The notes below the pieces were generated by a model. The model saw only the letters and a list, made by a program, of their open reading frames with translations. It was not told the origin of the DNA and searched no databases. A stretch of DNA of 24,000 nt from Desulfonatronum thioautotrophicum. GTDB taxonomy: Bacteria > Desulfobacterota > Desulfovibrionia > Desulfovibrionales > Desulfonatronaceae. Each line of letters opens with the position of its first letter. Position 1 is the stretch's first letter. The translations under genes and the position numbers were made by a program. Positions 8,596 to 16,098 of the stretch are shown piece after piece. The stretch covers positions 262,035-286,034 of the forward strand of contig NZ_JYNO01000004.1 of NCBI RefSeq assembly GCF_000934745.1, given 5' to 3'.

Positions 8596-8865
8596 ATGAG
8601 CACTTTTGACTGGAGTGATGAAAAAAGCGAAGCGCTACAACGTACAAGAGGCGTGTGTTTTGAGGATGTTCTGGTTTGTATCCAAAATGGCGACGTACTG
8701 GATGTGATGCGGCACCCCAATCGTGAACGTTACCCAAACCAAAATATCATTGTTCTCAACATCAACGGCTATGTTTGGTTGGTTCCATATGTAAAAGAGA
8801 AAGGTGTCAGGTTTTTGAAGACCATCATTCCCAGTCGTAAGGCCACCCGGGAGTATTTATCATGA
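8596..8865 (+). CDS. brnT: BrnT-family (DUF497) ribonuclease toxin
   Basis: 89 aa. The N-terminus FDWSDEKSEALQRTRGVCFEDV resembles the BrnT signature (F.WD..K...N..KHG.sFeea). It overlaps the downstream antitoxin gene by 4 nt. Confidence 0.7.
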   Translation: MSTFDWSDEKSEALQRTRGVCFEDVLVCIQNGDVLDVMRHPNRERYPNQNIIVLNINGYVWLVPYVKEKGVRFLKTIIPSRKATREYLS

Positions 8866-9146
8866 AAAAAAGCAAGCTGGATTTGGACCAGGAAGAACTG
8901 CAGATCCTCAGGGACTTTGAACGTGGAGAGTTCGAGAGTATCCAAGATTTCCAAAAAGAGAAAAAAGAACTTGAAGAAGCCGCACGGAGTACGTTGCAGA
9001 AAGACAAGCGGATCAATATTCGCATTTCCTCGCGTGATTTAATTCGTCTTCAAATGCAGGCTGCCCGCGAAGGAGTTCCGTATCAGACCTATATTGCGAG
9101 TTCGCTACACAAACTTGTTTCTGGGCGATTGAAAGAAATTGGGTAA
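8862..9146 (+). CDS. brnA: BrnA-like antitoxin (C-terminal RHH/CopG-like)
   Basis: 94 aa. The segment INIRISSRDLIRLQMQAAREGVPYQTYIASSLHKLVSGRL matches the typical BrnA-family C-terminus. It is translationally coupled to brnT. Confidence 0.7.
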   Translation: MKKSKLDLDQEELQILRDFERGEFESIQDFQKEKKELEEAARSTLQKDKRINIRISSRDLIRLQMQAAREGVPYQTYIASSLHKLVSGRLKEIG

Positions 9147-9203
9147 CTATCCAGTACAATCAACATTGATCCCTGGGCATGGCGCTAAAACGCAACCCCG
9201 GAA

Positions 9204-10313
9204 ATGGTTTCCGTGGATGAGTCACTTTGCTTGATGCCACTCCTTATGACCTCCACTCCTGATGAAGACTACGCCGTTCGGCTCTCGCCCGGCGCTTCCT
9301 TTTCCATTCCATCCACAGCCAAGGTTCTCGACTCCGTCCAGCTGGCGGAATTGGAGCGGACGTTTCGGACCTGGGCAACCGAATCAGCAAGACAGGATGT
9401 TCGGGCGTCCAGACAACGCATTTTGCTGATATTCCTTCTGATTCGACATTCAGGCGCGAAGCTGAACGAGGTCTTGGAACTCAGGTTCGGGGACATTGAT
9501 CTGGAGAAGCGGGTCGTCATTTTGGCCGGCGAGGACAAGGAGAAGGGCAGGACCGTTGAAATTCCGGACGATCTGGCAGAGGAGCTTCGCACGGCCTTGA
9601 GTCAGGGCGCACATGCTCCGGATGACGCCCTGTTTCGAATCGATCCGGCCCATGTCCGGCGCAAGTTCTATGAGCAGGCCGAGGCCTGCGGCCTGCCACG
9701 GGACTTTGGCAATCCCAGTACGTTGCGCCGATCCCGCTCCGTGGAATTGTTGCGCGGCAACCTGCCTCTGCCTGTGGTCCAGCGGCTGCTGGGCCACTCC
9801 ACGCCCAATCTCACGGCCGCGCACCTGGAGGTTTCCGAGGAGGACGTTCATCATGCCGCGAGACAGTACGTGGACCGGGAAAGCAGCAGACGCACCAGCG
9901 CCCGGAACATTTTCTTCGGCAAGATCGTCGAAATGAACAAGGGTGACATCCAGTCCGAGGTGATTCTGCAGACCCTTGGTGACCTACGGATCACCTCCGT
10001 CATCACCAATACCAGCCTCAAGCGGATGCGCCTGAAGATCGGTACCTTTGCCACCGCTGAGATCAAGGCGCCCTGGGTGCTCATCGCCGGATCAGTGGAT
10101 GCGGCAGAGAACAGCGCGGAGAATCGCCTGCCTGGAGTGGTGATGGCGGTCAACGCGGGTAAGGTGAACGTGGAAGTTTTAGTGCGCCTTTCCGAAGGCA
10201 CGGAGATCTGCGCGGTGGTCACCGCTACCGGATTCCATCGTCTGAAATTGAAGGTGAATGATCCGGTTTGGACGCTTTTTGGGGCGTATTCCGTGATTCT
10301 TAATCGAGAGTGA
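9204..10313 (+). CDS. tunR: TunR-family tungstate/molybdate-responsive regulator (degenerate tyrosine-recombinase domain plus 2 x Mop/TOBE)
   Basis: The central region aligns by eye with the XerD catalytic domain (NPSTLRRSRSVELLRGNLPLPVVQRLLGHSTPNLTAAHLEV vs [41 protein letters not shown]), with Tyr replaced by His. The C-terminus has two Mop repeats beginning SARN and SAEN. It sits next to modBAC and the TSUP genes. The start codon is uncertain (9204, 9234 or 9246). Confidence 0.8.
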   Translation: MVSVDESLCLMPLLMTSTPDEDYAVRLSPGASFSIPSTAKVLDSVQLAELERTFRTWATESARQDVRASRQRILLIFLLIRHSGAKLNEVLELRFGDIDLEKRVVILAGEDKEKGRTVEIPDDLAEELRTALSQGAHAPDDALFRIDPAHVRRKFYEQAEACGLPRDFGNPSTLRRSRSVELLRGNLPLPVVQRLLGHSTPNLTAAHLEVSEEDVHHAARQYVDRESSRRTSARNIFFGKIVEMNKGDIQSEVILQTLGDLRITSVITNTSLKRMRLKIGTFATAEIKAPWVLIAGSVDAAENSAENRLPGVVMAVNAGKVNVEVLVRLSEGTEICAVVTATGFHRLKLKVNDPVWTLFGAYSVILNRE

Positions 10314-10415
10314 AGCTCATCACGGAGAGGGTGACGAGTTCTCGAGAGACGGCAGCCTCATGAATTGTCATCAAAAGTGGACTTGAAAAAGAAAAAGATT
10401 TTCAGAAAGAACCCA

Positions 10416-11963
10416 TCACGCCCGCTCCCACTCAAACCCCACAATATTGCGCTCCTCGCGCTCGAACTCCACGCCAACCAGATAGACGGCCTCGGTGTCC
10501 GCCCGGTACTTGTCCGCGTAGCCTTTTCGCCTGATCTGATCCAAGGCGCTACCCGGAGTTTGGTCCAGGTCCACCACCTTGAATTCAAAGATGTAGGCCC
10601 GGTTCTCGAAGAGCACTGTCATGTTCAGGCGACCGTGGCTGGTGGGTTCCTCCGGCCGGGTGTCCAGTCCCAAACCGGCGAAGTAGCAATAGAACACCGA
10701 GCAGTAGTAGCCTTCGTAGGCAGCCAGATTGTTCTTGCGGTACCAGTCGTGGGGAATGGCGGCGAACACGGCGTGGAACACCGCCCGCAGATCATCCACC
10801 TGGCCATGGCGCAGGGCGTTGACCAGGGTGCGCAAGGATTTCTTCATTGCCACCGGTTGCTGGGTGAAGAAGTTCAGCAGATGTTCGGTGAAGCTTTTTT
10901 TGACTTCATGGTTGGGATACCGCAGGCGGTAGAGCACTTCGCCGGGCAGAATCTCCTCCTGGCCGGTGATGGTCAGATAACCGGCCTGGAACAACAAGGT
11001 TTCGGGAAAGATGGACTCCACGTCGAAGCTGCCCAGCAGCTCAGGACCGATCTCGATTCCTTCTATGGCCGGGATGACATACCGTTGGGCCGTGAGCAGG
11101 CGGATCAGGAATTCCGGGGTTGCGGTTTCGAACCAGTAGTTCCGGAAGAGACCCTCTTGGAAGTAATTGAGCAGGCTGTAGGGATTGTAGGTCTTCTCCC
11201 CCAGCCAGGAATACCCGTTGTACCAGCGGCGGATTTCATCGAGATTCCTGCCCCGCAAGTGCTCGACAAAGGTGGCTGTCAGCTCGGATTCGGTCCAGCC
11301 GCAAATCGTGGCAAAGCGGGGGGAAAGGGTGATGTCCGTCAGGTTGTTCAGGCCGGAAAAAAGGCTCACCTTCGAAAACTTGGACACTCCGGTCAGGAAG
11401 ACGAACTTGAGATGGGCGTCGCTGTCCTTGATTACGGAGTAGAAGTTCTTCAAGCCGTTGCGTATCTGGACAGCCTGTTCCGGCTTGGTGATGTTGTCCA
11501 GAATCGGCTTGTCGTACTCGTCCACCAGGATAACCGTTGGGCTGCCGAATTTCTCAGCCGCTTGACGAATCAGATCTTCAAAGCAGTCAATAACGTTGTC
11601 AGGGTTGCGACACTGAATGCCCAATTCGTCTTGGTTGTTGCGCAAAATGGTGACGATCCGTTGATCCAATTCCTCGCGGTTGCGTAATACGCCGCTACCA
11701 AAAGAAATCCGGATCACGGGATGTCGCGTCTCCCAATTCCAACGGTCTTCCAGCCACAACCCGCGAAAGAGCTCCTGGTTGCCTTCGAAGGCCTCCTTGA
11801 GAGTGTCCACGAACAGGGATTTGCCGAAGCGCCGGGGGCGGGAGAGGAAGTAGTAGGAACCGTTTTCCACCAGTTCATGGATAAATCTGGATTTATCCAC
11901 GTAGGTGTAGTCCTCAGCTATAATTTTGCTCAGAGTCGCGATGCCAAGGGGTAGTTTCTTCAT
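10416..11963 (-). CDS. AAA-ATPase-like protein with C-terminal PD-(D/E)XK nuclease-like domain
   Basis: 515 aa. The N-terminus (LPLGIATLSKIIAEDYTYVDKSRFIHELVENGSYYFLSRPRRFGKSL) is the characteristic predicted AAA-ATPase family signature. The C-terminal region (YEGYYCSVFYCYF..FEFKVVD) resembles the associated PD-(D/E)XK module. Confidence 0.85.
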   Translation of the reverse strand: MKKLPLGIATLSKIIAEDYTYVDKSRFIHELVENGSYYFLSRPRRFGKSLFVDTLKEAFEGNQELFRGLWLEDRWNWETRHPVIRISFGSGVLRNREELDQRIVTILRNNQDELGIQCRNPDNVIDCFEDLIRQAAEKFGSPTVILVDEYDKPILDNITKPEQAVQIRNGLKNFYSVIKDSDAHLKFVFLTGVSKFSKVSLFSGLNNLTDITLSPRFATICGWTESELTATFVEHLRGRNLDEIRRWYNGYSWLGEKTYNPYSLLNYFQEGLFRNYWFETATPEFLIRLLTAQRYVIPAIEGIEIGPELLGSFDVESIFPETLLFQAGYLTITGQEEILPGEVLYRLRYPNHEVKKSFTEHLLNFFTQQPVAMKKSLRTLVNALRHGQVDDLRAVFHAVFAAIPHDWYRKNNLAAYEGYYCSVFYCYFAGLGLDTRPEEPTSHGRLNMTVLFENRAYIFEFKVVDLDQTPGSALDQIRRKGYADKYRADTEAVYLVGVEFEREERNIVGFEWERA

Positions 11964-12171
11964 GACGCGGACCTCGCGGGTATGGCAGGGATAAAGGAAT
12001 GTTCGGTCGGCGAAGTGTGATTGTGTCTATAGCGGAGCAGGGATGAAATGTCTTCCCGTGCGAGAAGGGCATGTCTTTGGGGGATGGCTTGCATGCCGGA
12101 GAGGAGCACCTTGGGGCGTTGCATGCAATGCGCATGGGCGCGATCCTCTCCTCATGCCCCTGCCAGCCGTA

Positions 12172-12747
12172 TCATGCTGCGTCAAGTCCGCGTAAGCGCT
12201 CGGCGATGTTCCAGGTCCGGCAGTGCCGGACAGTGGCCGTGGGGGTCAGGTGTTCCCAGGGCCTGCCCTGGAGCATAGCCTGGCGCACGTCAGTGCCGCT
12301 GATCCCTTTCTGCTCCGACGGAATCTCCCAGAGGACGTGAGTTCGCAGCCCCATGGCCTGGAACTGGGCGAGCTTGTGGCGGCCCCAGTCGTCGCAGATG
12401 GAGAGCAGAAAGACCGCATCCAGGGGTACGTAGTGGCGGTAAAGATCCGGATGGGTGATGGGTAGGGGGACGATGGTCACCTCCGCATGGCTGACTCCGG
12501 CTTCCAGCAGGACGTCCCGGAGAATCACCAGACGTTCGTAAAAAGTCAGGGGATTGGCCAGGGCGCTGGAACGCTTGCGGTCCGCGTCCACCTCGGCGGT
12601 CAGGCAGGGGTCCGGATTGGTGATGCCCACCACCAGATGGCGACACAGCGCCTTGCCGGCCATGAGGTAGCGTAGGTGGTCATTGTGCGGAACCTGAAAC
12701 CGCCCGTGAATCACGCCGATGTCGTACATATGCTTTCCATGCGGCAT
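12172..12747 (-). CDS. Cytidylyltransferase-fold nucleotidyltransferase (NMNAT-like)
   Basis: 191 aa. Has the HxGH-type motif in GVIHGRFQVPHNDHL. It lies 5 nt downstream of the mutase-like gene. The substrate is unknown. Confidence 0.7.
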   Translation of the reverse strand: MPHGKHMYDIGVIHGRFQVPHNDHLRYLMAGKALCRHLVVGITNPDPCLTAEVDADRKRSSALANPLTFYERLVILRDVLLEAGVSHAEVTIVPLPITHPDLYRHYVPLDAVFLLSICDDWGRHKLAQFQAMGLRTHVLWEIPSEQKGISGTDVRQAMLQGRPWEHLTPTATVRHCRTWNIAERLRGLDAA

Positions 12748-12752
12748 GAGGG

Positions 12753-14183
12753 TTAATGGGCGCGCAGGGGCTGATAGTTCCCAGGCCAGTGCAGGCAGTC
12801 ATCCGGAGTGTCCCGCGTGCCTTCCAGGCGGGCCATGTCCAGGTGATTCAAAATCAGCCGCATCAGCTCCATTCCGCGGACGCAGCCCAGACACCCCTGG
12901 GCCGCGTGAATCTCGTTGAAACGGTCCACCAGATCCCGCCGGACTCCGGCCCCGTGCATGAGCAGAGGAACCGGTTCGCCGGAGTGGATCATGTTCCCGG
13001 AACTGGGGGTGGAATGGTCCGCGGTGATCACCACCAGCAGGGCCGGATGCTGCAGCAGCGTCTGCTCCACAGTGCCCAAGGCCTGGTCCAAGGTCTCGAT
13101 CACCGCTTTCTTGAGCAACGGATCCTTGGCATGGGCCGCCTCGTCCGGAGCCTTGGTATGCAGGTGGATGAAGTCGTATCTTTCGAGATAGCCGGGCACG
13201 GCGGCCAGATCATGGGCAAAGTCGGCCCGCAGGTTTCCGGTGTCTCGCGGTGCTTGCCAATCCATTCCCAGATACCGGGCCAGGCCCCGAAATACCGCGC
13301 CCGATGCGATGCTCAGGCCTCGCAGGCCGAAACGCCGGGTAAACGGCGTGACCGAGCGCATTCTCCCGGCGCGCTGGGTGACCAGACCCGTGACCGGCGG
13401 CAGTCCGGCCTCTTCGCGACGGGCATTCAGCGGGTGTGTTTGCAGGGTATGCCAGACATGCAGGAGATAGGCCCGGAGGACTGAAGCTGTTTTTTGGGCT
13501 GTTTTTTGAGCTGCTTTTTGGGCAGCCTTCCGGGCTCTCTTTTGAGCTGTCTCTTGGGCACACGCCTCTGTACTGTCTCCGGCATCCGACCCATCTGTCC
13601 CATCCGCTTCAGGTTCCCTGGAATGATCCAAGGCCAGGGGCAAAAGATCCGGCAGGAAGCGTCCGGCGCGCATTGGTCCGGTGTCCGTGATGTCCGGCGA
13701 AACGTCCCCGGAAAGGATCAGCACGCCGAAGACGCCCTTGACCGGGACGTATCTGATCCGGATGTCTTCCTGATCCCATGTGGGCATTGCTCCAGCCAGG
13801 GCGGCGACATCCTCCTTGCTGACCTGGGGCACGTCCTGGACCAGAGCCAGGCAGCCGTCCCGCTCCTCCAGGGCCGCGAAATGGGCCAGAACCGCCACCT
13901 CCCTGGAGTCCAGATTGATTCCGGCTCCCAGGGCTTCCAGGGGGCCTCGTCCCGGAAAATCCCGTCGTTCATAGCCGAACATGGCGAAGTGCGCCGTCTC
14001 ACTGGGTAGAGCCTCGCCCAATGTTCCAGCGTGATACAACCCATTGGCCCCGTTGCGGGCCAGACTGTCCAGATGGGGGGTGTGGGCGGCCTGGAGCGGT
14101 GTCTGCCACCCCAAGGTCTGATGGGAGCGGTCTCCCAGCCCATCCAGGACAATCAGCAGGCATTTGTCAGGCATAGCGGACAT
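12753..14183 (-). CDS. ApgM-type cofactor-independent phosphoglycerate mutase / proposed homoserine kinase family (alkaline-phosphatase superfamily)
   Basis: The N-terminus LLIVLDGLGDR..TPLQAAHTPHLDSLA..SETAHFAMFGY..GRGPLEALGAGI closely parallels archaeal ApgM. The C-terminus contains ITADHSTP. A low-complexity insertion is present (..DGTDGSDAGDSTEACAQETAQKRARKAAQKAAQKTAQKTA). Confidence 0.85.
   Translation of the reverse strand: MSAMPDKCLLIVLDGLGDRSHQTLGWQTPLQAAHTPHLDSLARNGANGLYHAGTLGEALPSETAHFAMFGYERRDFPGRGPLEALGAGINLDSREVAVLAHFAALEERDGCLALVQDVPQVSKEDVAALAGAMPTWDQEDIRIRYVPVKGVFGVLILSGDVSPDITDTGPMRAGRFLPDLLPLALDHSREPEADGTDGSDAGDSTEACAQETAQKRARKAAQKAAQKTAQKTASVLRAYLLHVWHTLQTHPLNARREEAGLPPVTGLVTQRAGRMRSVTPFTRRFGLRGLSIASGAVFRGLARYLGMDWQAPRDTGNLRADFAHDLAAVPGYLERYDFIHLHTKAPDEAAHAKDPLLKKAVIETLDQALGTVEQTLLQHPALLVVITADHSTPSSGNMIHSGEPVPLLMHGAGVRRDLVDRFNEIHAAQGCLGCVRGMELMRLILNHLDMARLEGTRDTPDDCLHWPGNYQPLRAH
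13486..13557. repeat. Six tandem 12-bp units inside the mutase-like CDS
   Basis: GCTGTTTTTTGG / GCTGTTTTTTGA / GCTGCTTTTTGG / GCAGCCTTCCGG / GCTCTCTTTTGA / GCTGTCTCTTGG. On the minus strand these encode the (A-Q-K-x)n tract. Confidence 0.8.
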
Positions 14184-14201
14184 ACTCGGCTGGCGGAGTT
14201 G

Positions 14202-15152
14202 TCATCCACCATGGATTTGTTTTGCAACAGGCCCGGTCAGGGAGGACAATGAACGCGGGACAAGGGCGCGATGGGGCAAGGGGGCGATTTGATGCCCGGC
14301 TGGCCGGTCATGCCCGGTCGCGTTGGTCGCGTTGGTCGCGACAAGGGCCTGCCGGACCAGCCTTCTGGTGGCTTCGGCGTGTGCCGGGTTTTGCAGCTCG
14401 ATGGTCCACCAGGTGCATCCTGTCCACGGGAGGCTGGCGATGAGCGGCTCAAATGGGGCGATATCCTCGATGGGATGGTGGCCTTTTTCGTCTTCGCGGC
14501 CGTAGATGTGCAATCCATGAAGACGGTTTTTGAAGAGTTCCACGAAGCCCCGGGCTGAACATCGACCACTGCGCACAGCCTCCGAGCCCAGGGCGTGGCC
14601 CACATCCAGGGTGATCATCGCCTCGGCTGTCTCGGCCCAGTGCAGGATGTTCGCCGGTTCACTGGACGGTCCAAGCCGCAGATTCTCCAGACAGACCACG
14701 ATCCCAAGATCCCTGCCATGCTCCACCAGCCGGGCCAGGTTCTCCATCAGCGTCGGCTCATGCACCGGCAAAGCCGGATCAAGGCCGGTGTGCACCGTGA
14801 CCACGGGGTCACCCTGTCCGTCCATGGCCCGCAGGGTGCGCAGATGCGCCTCCAGGGATCGCCCAGCCCGAACCGGATCGGCATGGCCCAGCTCATGCTC
14901 AAAATACCTGGTATGAAACCGGACACGCAAACCAGCGCGGACAAAGGGACGAACCATTTCCGGCAGCTGGTCCAGTCGGTCCGGGTCCGGTGAGAACTCC
15001 ACCGCCTCGGCCTGCTCCGTCACCCAGTGCAATCTGGAAGCCGGGTCTGATGCGGACGCGGTGAAGGCCAATGTCGGAAAATGATTCAGGGGGCATCCAT
15101 GCATGTCGATGGCGGGGACGAGGCTTTTTTGACGGTCAATTTTAAGGCCCAT
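14202..15152 (-). CDS. Xylose-isomerase-like TIM-barrel protein (sugar-phosphate isomerase/epimerase family)
   Basis: Family-like segments are present: VTVHTG, VCLENL, ITLDVGHA, LHIYGRED..GHHP. The start is uncertain (ATG 15152, 15104 or 15257, none with a strong RBS). The C-terminal tail contains an ATNATNAT repeat. Confidence 0.7.
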   Translation of the reverse strand: MGLKIDRQKSLVPAIDMHGCPLNHFPTLAFTASASDPASRLHWVTEQAEAVEFSPDPDRLDQLPEMVRPFVRAGLRVRFHTRYFEHELGHADPVRAGRSLEAHLRTLRAMDGQGDPVVTVHTGLDPALPVHEPTLMENLARLVEHGRDLGIVVCLENLRLGPSSEPANILHWAETAEAMITLDVGHALGSEAVRSGRCSARGFVELFKNRLHGLHIYGREDEKGHHPIEDIAPFEPLIASLPWTGCTWWTIELQNPAHAEATRRLVRQALVATNATNATGHDRPAGHQIAPLPHRALVPRSLSSLTGPVAKQIHGG

Positions 15153-15277
15153 ATGGACGCAAGGTGATGTCCGGCCGAAGAGTGTATTGTGGAGAGTGGC
15201 TACAGTACCCTGAAACAGCCAAAACCAGCAAGAGATATTTTCTATTGAAAAGTGCATTATCCATTTGTTTTTTCAAT

Positions 15278-15306
15278 TTGACATTCCTGGGTGGAATCAT
15301 TCTAAA
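15278..15306 (+). promoter_or_regulatory. Sigma-70-like promoter upstream of the TusA-like gene
   Basis: TTGACA (15278-15283), a 17-nt spacer, then TCTAAA (15301-15306). It lies about 40 nt upstream of the ATG at 15344. Confidence 0.3.
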
Positions 15307-15343
15307 CAGTGGCGATAAACACGGCTTTCAACGGGGAGAGGAC

Positions 15344-15631
15344 ATGTCGCGAGAAACACCTGGAAACGCTCCCTCCGCGGGCGCTCATCCCCGGGAATGG
15401 GAATTTGACGAAGAATTCGACGGCGGAGAGGAGACATGCGGACGGGTGATCATCAACCTCTACACCTACCTGCTGCCCATGCCTCCGGGAACCAGGGTGA
15501 TGCTCATTTCCCAGGATCCGGCCGCGCCCATCGAGTTTCCGGCCTGGTGCCGCATGACCAGGAATACCCTTCTGGACATGCGCCACCCCTATTATCTCAT
15601 TGAATACAAACCCGAACAGAAAAAGGAGTGA
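15344..15631 (+). CDS. TusA/SirA-like sulfur-carrier protein (variant Cys motif)
   Basis: Start at the ATG at 15344, after GGGAGAGG. The segment FDGGEETCGRVIINLYTYLLPMPPGTRVMLISQDPAAPIEFPAWCRMT parallels E. coli TusA [45 protein letters not shown]. The motif is CGRV instead of CPxP. Confidence 0.7.
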   Translation: MSRETPGNAPSAGAHPREWEFDEEFDGGEETCGRVIINLYTYLLPMPPGTRVMLISQDPAAPIEFPAWCRMTRNTLLDMRHPYYLIEYKPEQKKE

Positions 15632-15635
15632 TTCC

Positions 15636-16001
15636 ATGGCAAACAGATTCTGCGTAACCATCAGCCACTGCCGCACCGACGGCGACAAGGCCACCCTGGG
15701 CTTCGTTGTGGCCAATGCCGCCCAAGGCAGCGAAAAGGAAACCATGATCTTTCTGAGCACGGACGGCGTGTACTGCGCGGTCAAGGGAGAGGCGGAAAAG
15801 ATCGATGAAGGCGCACCCTTTGCCCCGCTCAAGGAACTGATCACCAAGTTCGTCAATGCCGGTGGGAAAATCTATGTCTGCACACCCTGTCTGAAAAAAC
15901 GCGGCCTGTCCGAGGCCGATTTGATCGAGGGCTCGGTCCCGGCCGGCGGTGCGGCGTTGGTGGAATGGCTGTCCGCGGATCCGGCCTGCGTGGCGTATTG
16001 A
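15636..16001 (+). CDS. DsrE/DsrF-like family protein with VCTPC motif
   Basis: ATG at 15636, preceded by AAGGAG (15623-15628). 121 aa. DsrE-fold pattern (FVVANAAQG..MIFLSTDGV..GGKIYVCTPCLKKRGL). Confidence 0.7.
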   Translation: MANRFCVTISHCRTDGDKATLGFVVANAAQGSEKETMIFLSTDGVYCAVKGEAEKIDEGAPFAPLKELITKFVNAGGKIYVCTPCLKKRGLSEADLIEGSVPAGGAALVEWLSADPACVAY

Positions 16002-16014
16002 GCCGGAAGGTAGA

Positions 16015-16098
16015 GTTCAGAAGTCAGAATTCAGAATTCAGAATTCAGGAGTCAGAAGTCAGAAGACAGAATACAGGAGACTGGAGATAGGAGACAGG
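16015..16098. repeat. About twelve tandem degenerate heptanucleotide units (A-N-T/A-C-A-G-A/G)
   Basis: GTTCAGA AGTCAGA ATTCAGA ATTCAGA ATTCAGG AGTCAGA AGTCAGA AGACAGA ATACAGG AGACTGG AGATAGG AGACAGG. The array is intergenic and starts 14 nt after the DsrE-like stop. Confidence 0.9.

Noticed and set aside
9204-10313. Phage-integrase/tyrosine-recombinase gene marking a mobile element
   Set aside because: The catalytic Tyr and other active-site residues are substituted. The protein is fused to Mop/TOBE domains. There are no att-like repeats or adjacent phage or transposon genes. I interpret it as a TunR-type transcription factor.
10365-11687. 440-aa plus-strand ORF
   Set aside because: It is antisense to the AAA-ATPase-like gene, whose family signature is unambiguous. 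I recognise no domain in it.
12098-12151. Nested inverted repeats downstream of the cytidylyltransferase gene, considered as a terminator or structured RNA (GGAGAGGA...TCCTCTCC enclosing the TTGCATGCAA palindrome)
   Set aside because: There is no U-tract on the relevant (minus) strand, the loop is long, and it resembles no RNA family I know. It could still be a protein-binding palindrome, but I cannot support a call.
15164-15343. N-terminal extension of the TusA-like ORF (155-aa version)
   Set aside because: The upstream part lies in an AT-rich promoter-like spacer. The ATG at 15344 has a good RBS and yields a protein of normal TusA length.
16015-16098. CRISPR array
   Set aside because: The units are only 7 nt, directly abutting with no spacers, and no cas genes are nearby. 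It is a microsatellite-type tandem repeat.
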